Shown here piece after piece: positions 32,190 through 41,130 of a DNA stretch of 64,000 nt. Location: assembly GCA_045589295.1 (NCBI GenBank), contig JAZNOU010000013.1, forward strand, positions 35,232 to 99,231, given 5' to 3'. The position numbers were made by a program, and so were the translations under genes. The notes beneath the pieces were generated by a model that was not told the DNA's origin, did no database searches, and saw only the letters and a list, made by a program, of their open reading frames with translations. Position 1 is the first letter of the stretch. Each line of letters begins with the position of its first letter. The stretch comes from Clostridia bacterium (GTDB lineage Bacteria; Bacillota; Clostridia; RGIG6154).

Positions 32190-32945
32190 GTGATTAAACT
32201 TATTTTATCAGGTTGCAACGGCAAGATGGGTACAGTTATATCAAATCTTGTTAAAAATGATGACAGTATTGAAATCGTTGCGGGATTTGACATTAATACT
32301 GATGCAAGTAACGGTTACCCTGTTTTTGCGTCTCCTGATGAATTTTCAGGAAGTGCTGATGTTATCATTGACTTTTCACACCCCTCATGTTTTGATGGAA
32401 TTTTAAACTACGCAGTTAAAACTAACACGGCAGTTGTTTTTGCAACAACAGGACTTTCTGAAGAACAAAGAGCAGCAATGAAAACTGCAGCTGAACAAAC
32501 AGCAGTTTTTTTCTCTGCTAATATGTCTATCGGTGTTAACCTTTTAATTGAACTTGTTCAGCAGGCTGCAAAGGTTTTGGAAGAAAACTTTGATATTGAA
32601 ATAATTGAAAAGCACCATAACCAAAAAATTGATGCTCCGAGTGGAACTGCACTTGCGATTGCAGATGCAATCAATGAAGTAGTTTCTGGCAAAAAAGAAT
32701 ATATCTATGACAGACATAGCGTAAGAAAAAAACGTTCTGTTTCTGAAATGGGTATTCACACACTTCGCGGAGGCACTATAGTTGGTGAACACGAAGTAAT
32801 TTTTGCAGGCAACAATGAACTTGTTGAAGTTAAGCATACTGCAACCTCAAGAGAAGTTTTTGCAGTTGGTGCAGTAAAAGCAGCAAAGTATATGGCAAAC
32901 AAGCCTGCAGGATTTTATACTATGAAAGACTTGGTCAACGAATAA
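32190..32945 (+). CDS. dapB: 4-hydroxy-tetrahydrodipicolinate reductase
   Basis: GCNGKMG and EKHHNQKIDAPSGTA motifs. Confidence 0.97.
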   Translation: MIKLILSGCNGKMGTVISNLVKNDDSIEIVAGFDINTDASNGYPVFASPDEFSGSADVIIDFSHPSCFDGILNYAVKTNTAVVFATTGLSEEQRAAMKTAAEQTAVFFSANMSIGVNLLIELVQQAAKVLEENFDIEIIEKHHNQKIDAPSGTALAIADAINEVVSGKKEYIYDRHSVRKKRSVSEMGIHTLRGGTIVGEHEVIFAGNNELVEVKHTATSREVFAVGAVKAAKYMANKPAGFYTMKDLVNE

Positions 32946-32952
32946 TTAAAAT

Positions 32953-32997
32953 AAAAATAACTGTAAAAAACAATGTGTTTTTTACAGTTATTTTTTT
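32953..32997. terminator. Bidirectional terminator between dapB and nifU
   Basis: AAAAATAACTGTAAAAAACA/TGTTTTTTACAGTTATTTTT long perfect inverted repeat. Confidence 0.8.
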
Positions 32998-33448
32998 ATT
33001 CTTCTTCAGTTTCCTCGTGGCACTTACAAGAGCTTCCCTCTTGACAACAACAGCATTTAGCTTCTTCTACAAAAACACCTTTTTTAGTGTAATAATCACC
33101 AATTGCTTTTTTTATTGCCTCTTCTGCCAAAACGCTGCAATGGATTTTGGCACTTGGAAGTCCGCCCAAAGCTTCTACTACATCACTGTTTTTAAGACGA
33201 AGTGCTTCGTCAATACCTTTACCCTTAATCATTTCTGTTGCAACAGAACTTGTAGCAATAGCCGCTCCGCAACCATAAGTTTTAAACTTAACATCTGTGA
33301 TAATTTCATCATCGTCAATTTTGAGATACATTTTCATTATATCTCCGCATTTTGCGTTACCAACTTCACCTATTCCATTTGCATCCTCAATTTCGCCAAC
33401 ATTTCTCGGATTTGTAAAGTGGTCTAAAACTTTTTCTGTATATTCCAT
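32996..33448 (-). CDS. nifU: Fe-S cluster scaffold (IscU/NifU N-terminal type) with a Cys-rich tail
   Basis: DHFTNPRN, CGD, GCGAAIA and LPSAKIHCS motifs. Confidence 0.93.
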   Translation of the reverse strand: MEYTEKVLDHFTNPRNVGEIEDANGIGEVGNAKCGDIMKMYLKIDDDEIITDVKFKTYGCGAAIATSSVATEMIKGKGIDEALRLKNSDVVEALGGLPSAKIHCSVLAEEAIKKAIGDYYTKKGVFVEEAKCCCCQEGSSCKCHEETEEE

Positions 33449-33449
33449 A

Positions 33450-34637
33450 TTATTCACCTTGTTTCCCTTTCAAAATTTCTTCATAAAGAGGTGACATCTG
33501 TCTTAATCTGTCCACAATTCCAGGAAGAACACTAAACAGATAATCAATATCGTCGTCTGTATTTTCAAAGCCAAGCGAAAGTCTTAATGAACCATGTGCT
33601 ATTTCATGCGGTAAGCCAATCGCCAACAAAACGTGCGACGGGTCGAGTGAGCCTGATGTGCAGGCAGAGCCGGAGGAAGCACAAATATTATTGATATCTA
33701 AAAACAGCAAAAGGCTCTCTCCTTCAATGTATTTAAACGACAAATTGACATTTCCAGGAAGTCTTTCGGTTGGGTGACCATTTAACTTAACGTACGGAAT
33801 ATTTTCCATTATTTCGTTGATTATTCTGTCACGCATACGGATTAAATTTGCATTTACCTCTTCCATATGCTCACAAGACATTTTAAGTGCCTTTGCCATT
33901 CCCACGATACCCGGAACATTTTCTGTTCCTGCACGTCTTTTTCTTTCCTGAGAACCGCCCTCAATAAGATTATACATTTTAACGCCTTTTTTAATATAAA
34001 GTGCACCAACACCCTTAGGTCCGTTGAATTTATGTGCAGACATTGTCAGAAGGTCAATATTCATATCTTCAACATCAATCGGAATATGTCCCGCCGCCTG
34101 AACTGCATCGGTATGAAAATACACGCCGTGCTTTCTCGCAATTTCACCAATTTCTTTAATGGGCTGAATTGTTCCGATTTCGTTATTTGCAAACATAACA
34201 GAAATTAAAACTGTCTTATCTGTGATTGCATCTTCAACATCTTTGGGATTTACTCTGCCATATTCGTCAACAGGAAGATAAGTTACTTTATACCCCTCTT
34301 TTTCAAGATATTTGCAAGTGTGAAGTATTGCGTGATGCTCAATAGCTGTTGTTATGATATGATTTCCTTTTTTTGAAGCATACATAACGCCTTTTAAAGC
34401 CCAGTTATCACCCTCTGAACCACTACCTGTGAAATAAATTTCATTAGTATCAGCATTTATAAGCTCTGCGATGGTTTTTCTGGCATTATCTACGGCATGT
34501 TTGCTTGCCTTTGCCAGTTTATAAATACTTGACGGATTTCCATAAGATTGTCCGAAGTAAGGAAGCATTTCAGCTAAAACTTCAGGTCTTGTAAATGTTG
34601 TTGCACCGTGATCAAAATATACACTATTACACGACAT
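33450..34637 (-). CDS. nifS: Cysteine desulfurase (group I)
   Basis: GNPSS, HTDAVQ, SAHKFNGPKG and SSGSACTS motifs. Confidence 0.95.
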   Translation of the reverse strand: MSCNSVYFDHGATTFTRPEVLAEMLPYFGQSYGNPSSIYKLAKASKHAVDNARKTIAELINADTNEIYFTGSGSEGDNWALKGVMYASKKGNHIITTAIEHHAILHTCKYLEKEGYKVTYLPVDEYGRVNPKDVEDAITDKTVLISVMFANNEIGTIQPIKEIGEIARKHGVYFHTDAVQAAGHIPIDVEDMNIDLLTMSAHKFNGPKGVGALYIKKGVKMYNLIEGGSQERKRRAGTENVPGIVGMAKALKMSCEHMEEVNANLIRMRDRIINEIMENIPYVKLNGHPTERLPGNVNLSFKYIEGESLLLFLDINNICASSGSACTSGSLDPSHVLLAIGLPHEIAHGSLRLSLGFENTDDDIDYLFSVLPGIVDRLRQMSPLYEEILKGKQGE

Positions 34638-34931
34638 CTATTTTCCCTCCATACTACACGGTTTTTTACCGCTTATTTCTCTCACAAAATGGCAAAGACA
34701 ACTTACTTTGCTGTGATTTAATTCATAGTAAACCTGAGTGCCTACTTTATTTGCAGAAACAAGCCCTGTATCTGTAAGCACTTTCATATGGTGTGACAAA
34801 GTTGGTTGAGATATTCCTATTTCTCCCAAAATTTCATTTGCACACATTTTACCTTTTGCTATTTTTAATACAATTTTCAACCTATTATCATCAGATAATA
34901 CTTTAAAAATTTCAGAAAGTGATGTATCCAT
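34638..34931 (-). CDS. ArsR/SmtB family regulator
   Basis: FKVLSDDNRLKI, CANEI and SQPTLSHHMK.L...GLV motifs. Stop abuts the nifS start. Confidence 0.93.
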   Translation of the reverse strand: MDTSLSEIFKVLSDDNRLKIVLKIAKGKMCANEILGEIGISQPTLSHHMKVLTDTGLVSANKVGTQVYYELNHSKVSCLCHFVREISGKKPCSMEGK

Positions 34932-34961
34932 AGCACCCTCCTGTTGTGTTTTCTACATAAT

Positions 34962-35011
34962 ATTATACACAAATATTTATATTTGTCAATATTTATTTTG
35001 ATAAATATTTG
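34962..35011 (-). promoter_or_regulatory. Promoter of arsR-nifS-nifU with an overlapping inverted repeat
   Basis: TTGACA-16-TATAAT. CAAATATTTAT (34970-34980) and ATAAATATTTG (35001-35011) form an inverted repeat spanning the -35. Confidence 0.55.
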
Positions 35012-35012
35012 C

Positions 35013-35046
35013 AAAAAAAATACACAGCCTATTTAAAAGGCTGTGT
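35013..35046 (-). terminator. Terminator of nagB
   Basis: ACACAGCCT/AGGCTGTGT stem plus U tract. Confidence 0.8.
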
Positions 35047-35055
35047 CATCTTTAA

Positions 35056-35763
35056 TTAAAGCATGCTTGCTGCTTCTTCGTCCATAACAATTGTAACATC
35101 AGGATGGAGCTGTAATAAGCTTACAGGAACATTTGTTGTAACATTACCATTGAACAACTCCTTAATAATAGGAGCTTTACTCTTACCACTTGCTAAAACA
35201 ACAATTCTCTTTGCTTTCATAATTCCGCCAATACCAAGTGTGAGAGCTGCTTTAGGAACCATATCCTTTGACTCAAAAAATCTTGAGTTTGCTTCAATAG
35301 TAGATTCTGTTAAAGTAACCTTATTTGTGTTTGAAGGAAGATCTGCAGCAGGTTCATTAAATCCGATATGACCATTAACACCAATACCTAAAACCTGCAA
35401 GTCAATTCCACCTGCATTTTCAATAGCTGCATCGTAACGGGCACATTCTGCTTCAGGATCTTCTGCCATTCCGTTTGGAATATTGTGTTCCTTAACAGTG
35501 ATATGGTCAAAAAGATTCTTTCTCATAAAATAGTCATAGCTCTGGTCATTATCTTTTGAAATTGGATAATATTCGTCAAGATTATATGTAACAACCTCAG
35601 AAAAATCTGTTCCGCTATTTATAAGTTCTTTGTACATTCCAACAGGTGAAGAACCTGTTGCTAATCCTAAAATACTGTTTGGTTTTAAAACAACCTGTGC
35701 TTCAACAATTTTTGCTGCAGCCTTTGACATTTCATCATAGTTTTTGCAAATAATTTTTCTCAT
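35056..35763 (-). CDS. nagB: Glucosamine-6-phosphate deaminase
   Basis: LGLATGSSP, NLDEY, LGIG.NGHIGFNEP and NSRFF motifs. Confidence 0.97.
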   Translation of the reverse strand: MRKIICKNYDEMSKAAAKIVEAQVVLKPNSILGLATGSSPVGMYKELINSGTDFSEVVTYNLDEYYPISKDNDQSYDYFMRKNLFDHITVKEHNIPNGMAEDPEAECARYDAAIENAGGIDLQVLGIGVNGHIGFNEPAADLPSNTNKVTLTESTIEANSRFFESKDMVPKAALTLGIGGIMKAKRIVVLASGKSKAPIIKELFNGNVTTNVPVSLLQLHPDVTIVMDEEAASML

Positions 35764-35768
35764 AACAA

Positions 35769-36653
35769 TTACATCCCTTCATACATTCCGTCGCTTACTA
35801 AAGCGCAGAGAGCTTCACTTACAGATTTTTTATCTTCTTTATATGTCATACCATACCATCTGTCATCAGTTGTCAAAACATCAACTTTTGTACCTTTTTT
35901 AATTTTATTATCAACAACGTTTGTAAGGTAATACTCAGCTTTTAATAAGTTAGCTTTGTTTTCCTCAAAAAACTGTACTAAACCCTCTTCCATTTCAGCA
36001 AAAATTGAAGGCTTGAATCCCCACATATTCATTGAAACAGTAGTGTCTTCAGGAAGCTTATTCCATGTTGCACCATCATCTTCTGTAAACTCACAATCGC
36101 CGTTAATTTTAGTACGTTCTGTAACCTTTTTGAGCACGCCATTTTCAACTTCACAAACACCTCTTGAAACTGTTCCATTTTCAGTAAGTGTATTTGCAAG
36201 TTTAAAGCCTACCATACAAAGTTCGGTTTCATCCTTAGTAATGCAATCATAAATCTTTTTATAAGCTGAAATTCCATAATAGTCATCGGCATTAACAACT
36301 GCAAAAGGAGTATCAATTACATTTTTAGCAGTAAGGACAGCATGAGCAGTTCCCCATGGTTTTGAACGTTCTGCAGGAATTTCTACGCCGGCAGGAACAT
36401 CATTAACATCCTGATAAACATAATCAACATCAATCATTTTTTCAATTCTTTTTCCGATAACTTCTTTAAAGTCTTTCTCTATTTCTTTTTTTATTATAAA
36501 AACAACCTTATCAAAACCTGCTCTTTTTGCATCAAAAACAGCAAAATCAAGCAAAATTTCTCCATTTGGACCAACAGGTTCAATTTGTTTCAGTCCCTGA
36601 AATCTACTTCCCATTCCGGCTGCCATAACAACCAAAGTTGCACTTTTTTTCAT
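35769..36653 (-). CDS. Sugar-phosphate nucleotidyltransferase family protein
   Basis: MAAGMGSRFQGLKQ, KPWGTAHA, NADDYYG and SMNMWGF motifs. Confidence 0.88.
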   Translation of the reverse strand: MKKSATLVVMAAGMGSRFQGLKQIEPVGPNGEILLDFAVFDAKRAGFDKVVFIIKKEIEKDFKEVIGKRIEKMIDVDYVYQDVNDVPAGVEIPAERSKPWGTAHAVLTAKNVIDTPFAVVNADDYYGISAYKKIYDCITKDETELCMVGFKLANTLTENGTVSRGVCEVENGVLKKVTERTKINGDCEFTEDDGATWNKLPEDTTVSMNMWGFKPSIFAEMEEGLVQFFEENKANLLKAEYYLTNVVDNKIKKGTKVDVLTTDDRWYGMTYKEDKKSVSEALCALVSDGMYEGM

Positions 36654-36808
36654 AATATCACCTTTCGTAAAACAAATTCATCTTATTATACCAAATTTTT
36701 CTGTATTTTTCAATACTATTGTTAAAAAAAGAACGTTTAATTTTTATAGTTGACACCAATTTTTCAATGTGTTAAAATTAACTGTGCATAACAAAAGGAG
36801 AAATAAAA

Positions 36809-37954
36809 ATGATTAAATTATTTAAACAAAAAAATAAAGATTTTGTTATTCTCAACCTTTCTGACCCCCAGCTTACAGAAGCTAACTGGGGACTTATCAA
36901 AGACACCCCTGAACATATTGTTAATATTCACAGAGTGTTTGTGCGTACTGTCGATGAACTCATCGAAAGAGTAAAGCCTGACCTTATTACTATAACAGGC
37001 GACCTTGCATATCCTCACGATATGTTATCTTATGACAAGTATGCTGAATACTTTGACAAATTTAAAATTCCATGGACTGTCATCTGGGGTAACCATGATA
37101 ATCAAGTTGACTTAGACCCTATTGACGAAATGATTGAACGTCTTTCAAAGTCTAAATATTTTATGTTTGAAGCAGGCCCCAGAGAACTTGGAAGCGGCAA
37201 CTTTGTTTTAGCAATCGAAGAAGATGATAAAATTGTTGAAGGCATCATTTTAATGGATACTCACGATGCACTTTTCTATCTTCCCCACGAAGACACCGAA
37301 CAGTCTATGGCAGATAAAAACATCTTAGATCTCATCCCTATGCCTACTCACAAATCACAGATTGATGCATTTGAAAAAAGAGGCTATACCGAAAAAGACA
37401 CTATGTGGATGAATCCAAGGGTAAGTAAGCATCAAGTTAAATGGTATTCTGAACAAGTGGAAATGCTTAAAAATCTTGGTTGCTACGACACCTCTCTTTT
37501 CATTCACGTCCCACTTCATATTTATATGCATGCATTTGCTAAAGCATTCAAATCCAACCTTGTCCCAACAGAAGTAAGCCTTCAAGATAGCTACAACGGC
37601 AGTTGCTGGAATGATGGCTATAAGGATTCATTCGGTGTTAAACACCATCGAAGTGATAAAATCCACTGTTCATCAGGATGTCATATTTCAGATGATGGTA
37701 TGTTTGATGCAATTAAGAAAGGTGGCACAACAAAAACCGTTTTGGCTGGACATTGTCACTTCAACAACTATTTTATCAACTATGAGGGCGTAAGACTTGG
37801 ATTCTCCTTAAAAACCGGTCCGGGATGTGGCTTTAAACCATATCTGAACGGCGGTACAGTTATAAAAATAGACGAAACCGGTGTAAAAGATTTATACCAC
37901 GAATATGTTGATGTAAGTAATATGCTTGACAGCTTAGAAAAAAAAGAGATGTAA
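36809..37954 (+). CDS. Calcineurin-like metallophosphoesterase (Dcr2/purple-acid-phosphatase-like)
   Basis: LSDPQ, TGDL, GNHD, HVP and GHCH motifs. Own promoter TTGACA-17-TAAAAT and terminator. Confidence 0.85.
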   Translation: MIKLFKQKNKDFVILNLSDPQLTEANWGLIKDTPEHIVNIHRVFVRTVDELIERVKPDLITITGDLAYPHDMLSYDKYAEYFDKFKIPWTVIWGNHDNQVDLDPIDEMIERLSKSKYFMFEAGPRELGSGNFVLAIEEDDKIVEGIILMDTHDALFYLPHEDTEQSMADKNILDLIPMPTHKSQIDAFEKRGYTEKDTMWMNPRVSKHQVKWYSEQVEMLKNLGCYDTSLFIHVPLHIYMHAFAKAFKSNLVPTEVSLQDSYNGSCWNDGYKDSFGVKHHRSDKIHCSSGCHISDDGMFDAIKKGGTTKTVLAGHCHFNNYFINYEGVRLGFSLKTGPGCGFKPYLNGGTVIKIDETGVKDLYHEYVDVSNMLDSLEKKEM

Positions 37955-38037
37955 AAACATCTCTTTTTTATTTTCGCATTCTCTAACATTTTTTCTAAAA
38001 GGTTCCACAAAAAAAGCATAACCTTTAAGGCTATGCT
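37937..38037. terminator. Two terminators between convergent genes
   Basis: AAAAAAGAGATGT/ACATCTCTTTTTT and AAAAGCATAACCT/AGGCTATGCTTTT hairpins. Confidence 0.75.
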
Positions 38038-38048
38038 TTTTGCTTTTT

Positions 38049-39200
38049 TTATATAAGCTTGTCCTTGTGTTTTTCCAAAAGCTGTTTGATTTTTTCGTGT
38101 GGGTCCATAATGAGCGATGTTGAAACATCGTGGTTCAAAGCTGAAATAAAGTATGCAATATACTTTGAAACGTCAACTTCATGGAACCATGTTCTTTCTT
38201 TAAGTTCAGGTTTAATATATGTAAGGTTTGTACCAAACACGCCATCAATCATACCCTCTGCAACTGCTTTGTCAAATGTTTCGAGCCCATTTGTAAAAAT
38301 TGCATAAGTAGCATAAGCGTAAATTCTATTAGCTTTTCTCTTTTTGAGTTCGTATGCAATATCAAGCATTGATTCACCTGATGAGATGATATCGTCCGCA
38401 ATAAATACATCTTTACCTTCAACTGAGTTACCCAAATATTCGTGTGCCACAATCGGGTTTCTTCCGTTCACAATTTTTGAGTAATCACGACGTTTATAGA
38501 ACATACCAAGGTCAACACCCAAAACAGATGCATAGTACATATTTCTATTGATTGCGCCTTCGTCAGGGCTTATAATCATAAACTTATCTTTTACAGGCTT
38601 AAAGTCATCAATTGTTTTAAACATTGTTTTTAAAACCTGATATGACGGCATAAGATTATCAAATCCCATAAGTGGAACTGCGTTATGAACTCTAGGGTCA
38701 TGTGCATCAAAAGCAACTATATTTGAAACTCCCATATTTTCAAGTTCCTGAAGAGCAACTGCACAGTCAAGTGATTCGCGATAGCTTCTCTTATGCTGTC
38801 TGCCACCATAAAGTGAGGGCATAATAACATTAATTCTGTGAGCTTTACCGCTTGCTGCCTGAATCATTCTCTTAAGGTCCTGATAATGATCATCAGGTGA
38901 CATTGAGTTTTCATTGCCAAACATTGTATACTTGCAGCTGTAATTGCAAACATCTACAAGAATAAATAAATCCTTACCTCTTACAGATTCTTTAATAATA
39001 CCTTTAGCATCACCTGATGAAAATCTGGGGCATGCAGCATCAACTAAAAATGTTTCATAATCTGTTCCGCCTTCTTTTGCCCATCTGATAAGGTAATTGT
39101 TGATTTTATTTCCAAGATCAGTAGCACTTTCCATTGCAATAACCCCAAGAGGTGCTACTCTTGAATTTTCTTCAAATATAACTTTTGAACTCTGATTCAT
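38049..39200 (-). CDS. prs: Ribose-phosphate pyrophosphokinase, long clostridial type
   Basis: RFSSGD, ESVRGKD, RQH.R..RESL, FDAHDP, SPDEGA, YKRRDY and DDIISSG motifs. Confidence 0.88.
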   Translation of the reverse strand: MNQSSKVIFEENSRVAPLGVIAMESATDLGNKINNYLIRWAKEGGTDYETFLVDAACPRFSSGDAKGIIKESVRGKDLFILVDVCNYSCKYTMFGNENSMSPDDHYQDLKRMIQAASGKAHRINVIMPSLYGGRQHKRSYRESLDCAVALQELENMGVSNIVAFDAHDPRVHNAVPLMGFDNLMPSYQVLKTMFKTIDDFKPVKDKFMIISPDEGAINRNMYYASVLGVDLGMFYKRRDYSKIVNGRNPIVAHEYLGNSVEGKDVFIADDIISSGESMLDIAYELKKRKANRIYAYATYAIFTNGLETFDKAVAEGMIDGVFGTNLTYIKPELKERTWFHEVDVSKYIAYFISALNHDVSTSLIMDPHEKIKQLLEKHKDKLI

Positions 39201-39283
39201 AACTTTCCTTCCTTTTAAACCTGTATTATAACACAAAAACTGCCCCTACCGATTAGTAATCGCTGGGGGCAATTTATATTTGC

Positions 39284-39700
39284 TTAAATTTCTACCATGT
39301 ATTTTTTAAGATACTCAGGAGCTGACTCTTTATCAGCAGAAATTGTAATTGTAAAGTTGATATTAAGTTTTTCGCCTAAAGCTTCAATTTTATTTAAAAA
39401 TCCTTCAAAGCCTGCTTCTTCGCTCTTTACAACTTTCCAGATGCTGTCAATGAAAATATGTGAAACATCATAGTTGTTTGATATTATTCCGCCTAAGAAA
39501 CCGTATAAAACAGCGTAATCTTCCACAGCAAATTCTTCAGTATTGATGTAACGAACAGCGGATTTTAAATCATACATAAGTCTGTTATCCTTACTTACGA
39601 ACACCAAAGTACCCGGTTCATCTTTAACAGCCATATTAACATGGTCAACCATATACTTTGTTTTTCCGCTACCTTTTGCACCGATAATTACGTTAATCAC
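39284..39700 (-). CDS. Conserved clostridial small P-loop protein, function unknown
   Basis: GAKGSGKT Walker A and IFIDS Walker B-like motif in 138 aa. Confidence 0.7.
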   Translation of the reverse strand: MINVIIGAKGSGKTKYMVDHVNMAVKDEPGTLVFVSKDNRLMYDLKSAVRYINTEEFAVEDYAVLYGFLGGIISNNYDVSHIFIDSIWKVVKSEEAGFEGFLNKIEALGEKLNINFTITISADKESAPEYLKKYMVEI

Positions 39701-39776
39701 AATACATTCCTCCTTAATATAACTTTCTGTACTTATATAATACTATAAATTTGAAAATTTTTCAAGTGGTTTTTTA

Positions 39777-41117
39777 TTATTTTAGTCTATTCTCCAAATC
39801 TTTTTTCATATCTTCATATCCGGGCTTGCCCAAAAGTGCAAACATATTCTTTTTATATGCTTCAACACCTGGCTGATTGAATGGATTAACACCTAAAATA
39901 TAACCGCTGATAGCACAAGCTTTTTCAAAGAAGTACACCATATAACCAAAGTTTTCTTCATCAGCTCTTGGCACGCTTATAACAAAGTTTGGCGCTTTAC
40001 CGTCAGTATGAGCTAAAAGTGTGCCTTCAAAAGCTTTTTTGTTAACAAAATCCAAGGTTTTTCCTGCAAGGAAATTAAGTCCATCAATATTTTCCTTATC
40101 TTCTTTTATAACAAATGTCTTTTTGCTTTCTTCGATATTGATAACTGTTTCAAAAAGATTTCTTTTTCCATCCTGAATATACTGACCAAGTGAATGGAGG
40201 TCTGTTGAAAATTCAACTGATGCAGGGAAAATACCTTTGTTGTCTTTTCCTTCACTTTCGCCGTAGAGTTGTTTCCACCATTCTGAGAAGTAATGCATAA
40301 ATGGTTCATAATTTACCATAATTTCTGTTGTATAACCTTTTTCGTAAAGCACGTTTCTTGCAGCAGCGTACTGATAGCAAATGTTATTATCAAGGTCACA
40401 ATCTTTAAAATCTTCTCGTGCTTTTTGTGCTCCCGCCATTATTTTATCAATATCTGCGCCGCCTACAGCTAACGGAAGCAAGCCTACAGGTGTTAATACA
40501 GAAAATCTTCCACCTACATCATCAGGAATAACAAATGTTTCATACCCTTCAGCATCACAAAGCTTTTTAAGTGCACCCTTTTCTTTGTCGGTAGTGGCAA
40601 AAATTCTTTCTTTTGCACCTTCTTTTCCATACTTGTTTTCCAAAAGTTCTTTAAACACTCTAAATGCTATTGCAGGTTCAGTTGTTGTTCCTGATTTTGA
40701 AATAACATTAACAGAAAAATCTTTATCACCCAAAAATTCAATTAAATCACAAAGATACGCAGAACTTATTGAGTTTCCTGCAAAAAGCACAGCAGGAGTT
40801 TTTCTTTTGTTTTTGCACAGTGCATCATAAAAAGTATGTGTAAGCATTGAAAGACCAGCTTTTGCACCCAGATATGAACCGCCTATACCAATAACAATCA
40901 AAACGTCACTGTTTGCCTTTATTTTTTCGGCAGCTTTTTTCACTCTTTCAAATTCGGCTTTATCATAATTTGCAGGTAAATCAAGCCACCCTAAAAACTC
41001 ATTACCTTCACCTGATTTCTCGTGAAGAGTTTTGTGAGCCTTTGATACTTTCTCTTTCATTAAATCGAGTTCTTGCTGTGTTAATACAAAGTCCGCTTTT
41101 TTGTAATCAAATTTCAT
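39777..41117 (-). CDS. pgi: Glucose-6-phosphate isomerase
   Basis: [33 protein letters not shown] and [11 protein letters not shown] motifs. Confidence 0.98.
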   Translation of the reverse strand: MKFDYKKADFVLTQQELDLMKEKVSKAHKTLHEKSGEGNEFLGWLDLPANYDKAEFERVKKAAEKIKANSDVLIVIGIGGSYLGAKAGLSMLTHTFYDALCKNKRKTPAVLFAGNSISSAYLCDLIEFLGDKDFSVNVISKSGTTTEPAIAFRVFKELLENKYGKEGAKERIFATTDKEKGALKKLCDAEGYETFVIPDDVGGRFSVLTPVGLLPLAVGGADIDKIMAGAQKAREDFKDCDLDNNICYQYAAARNVLYEKGYTTEIMVNYEPFMHYFSEWWKQLYGESEGKDNKGIFPASVEFSTDLHSLGQYIQDGKRNLFETVINIEESKKTFVIKEDKENIDGLNFLAGKTLDFVNKKAFEGTLLAHTDGKAPNFVISVPRADEENFGYMVYFFEKACAISGYILGVNPFNQPGVEAYKKNMFALLGKPGYEDMKKDLENRLK

Positions 41118-41130
41118 TTTTGATACTCCT

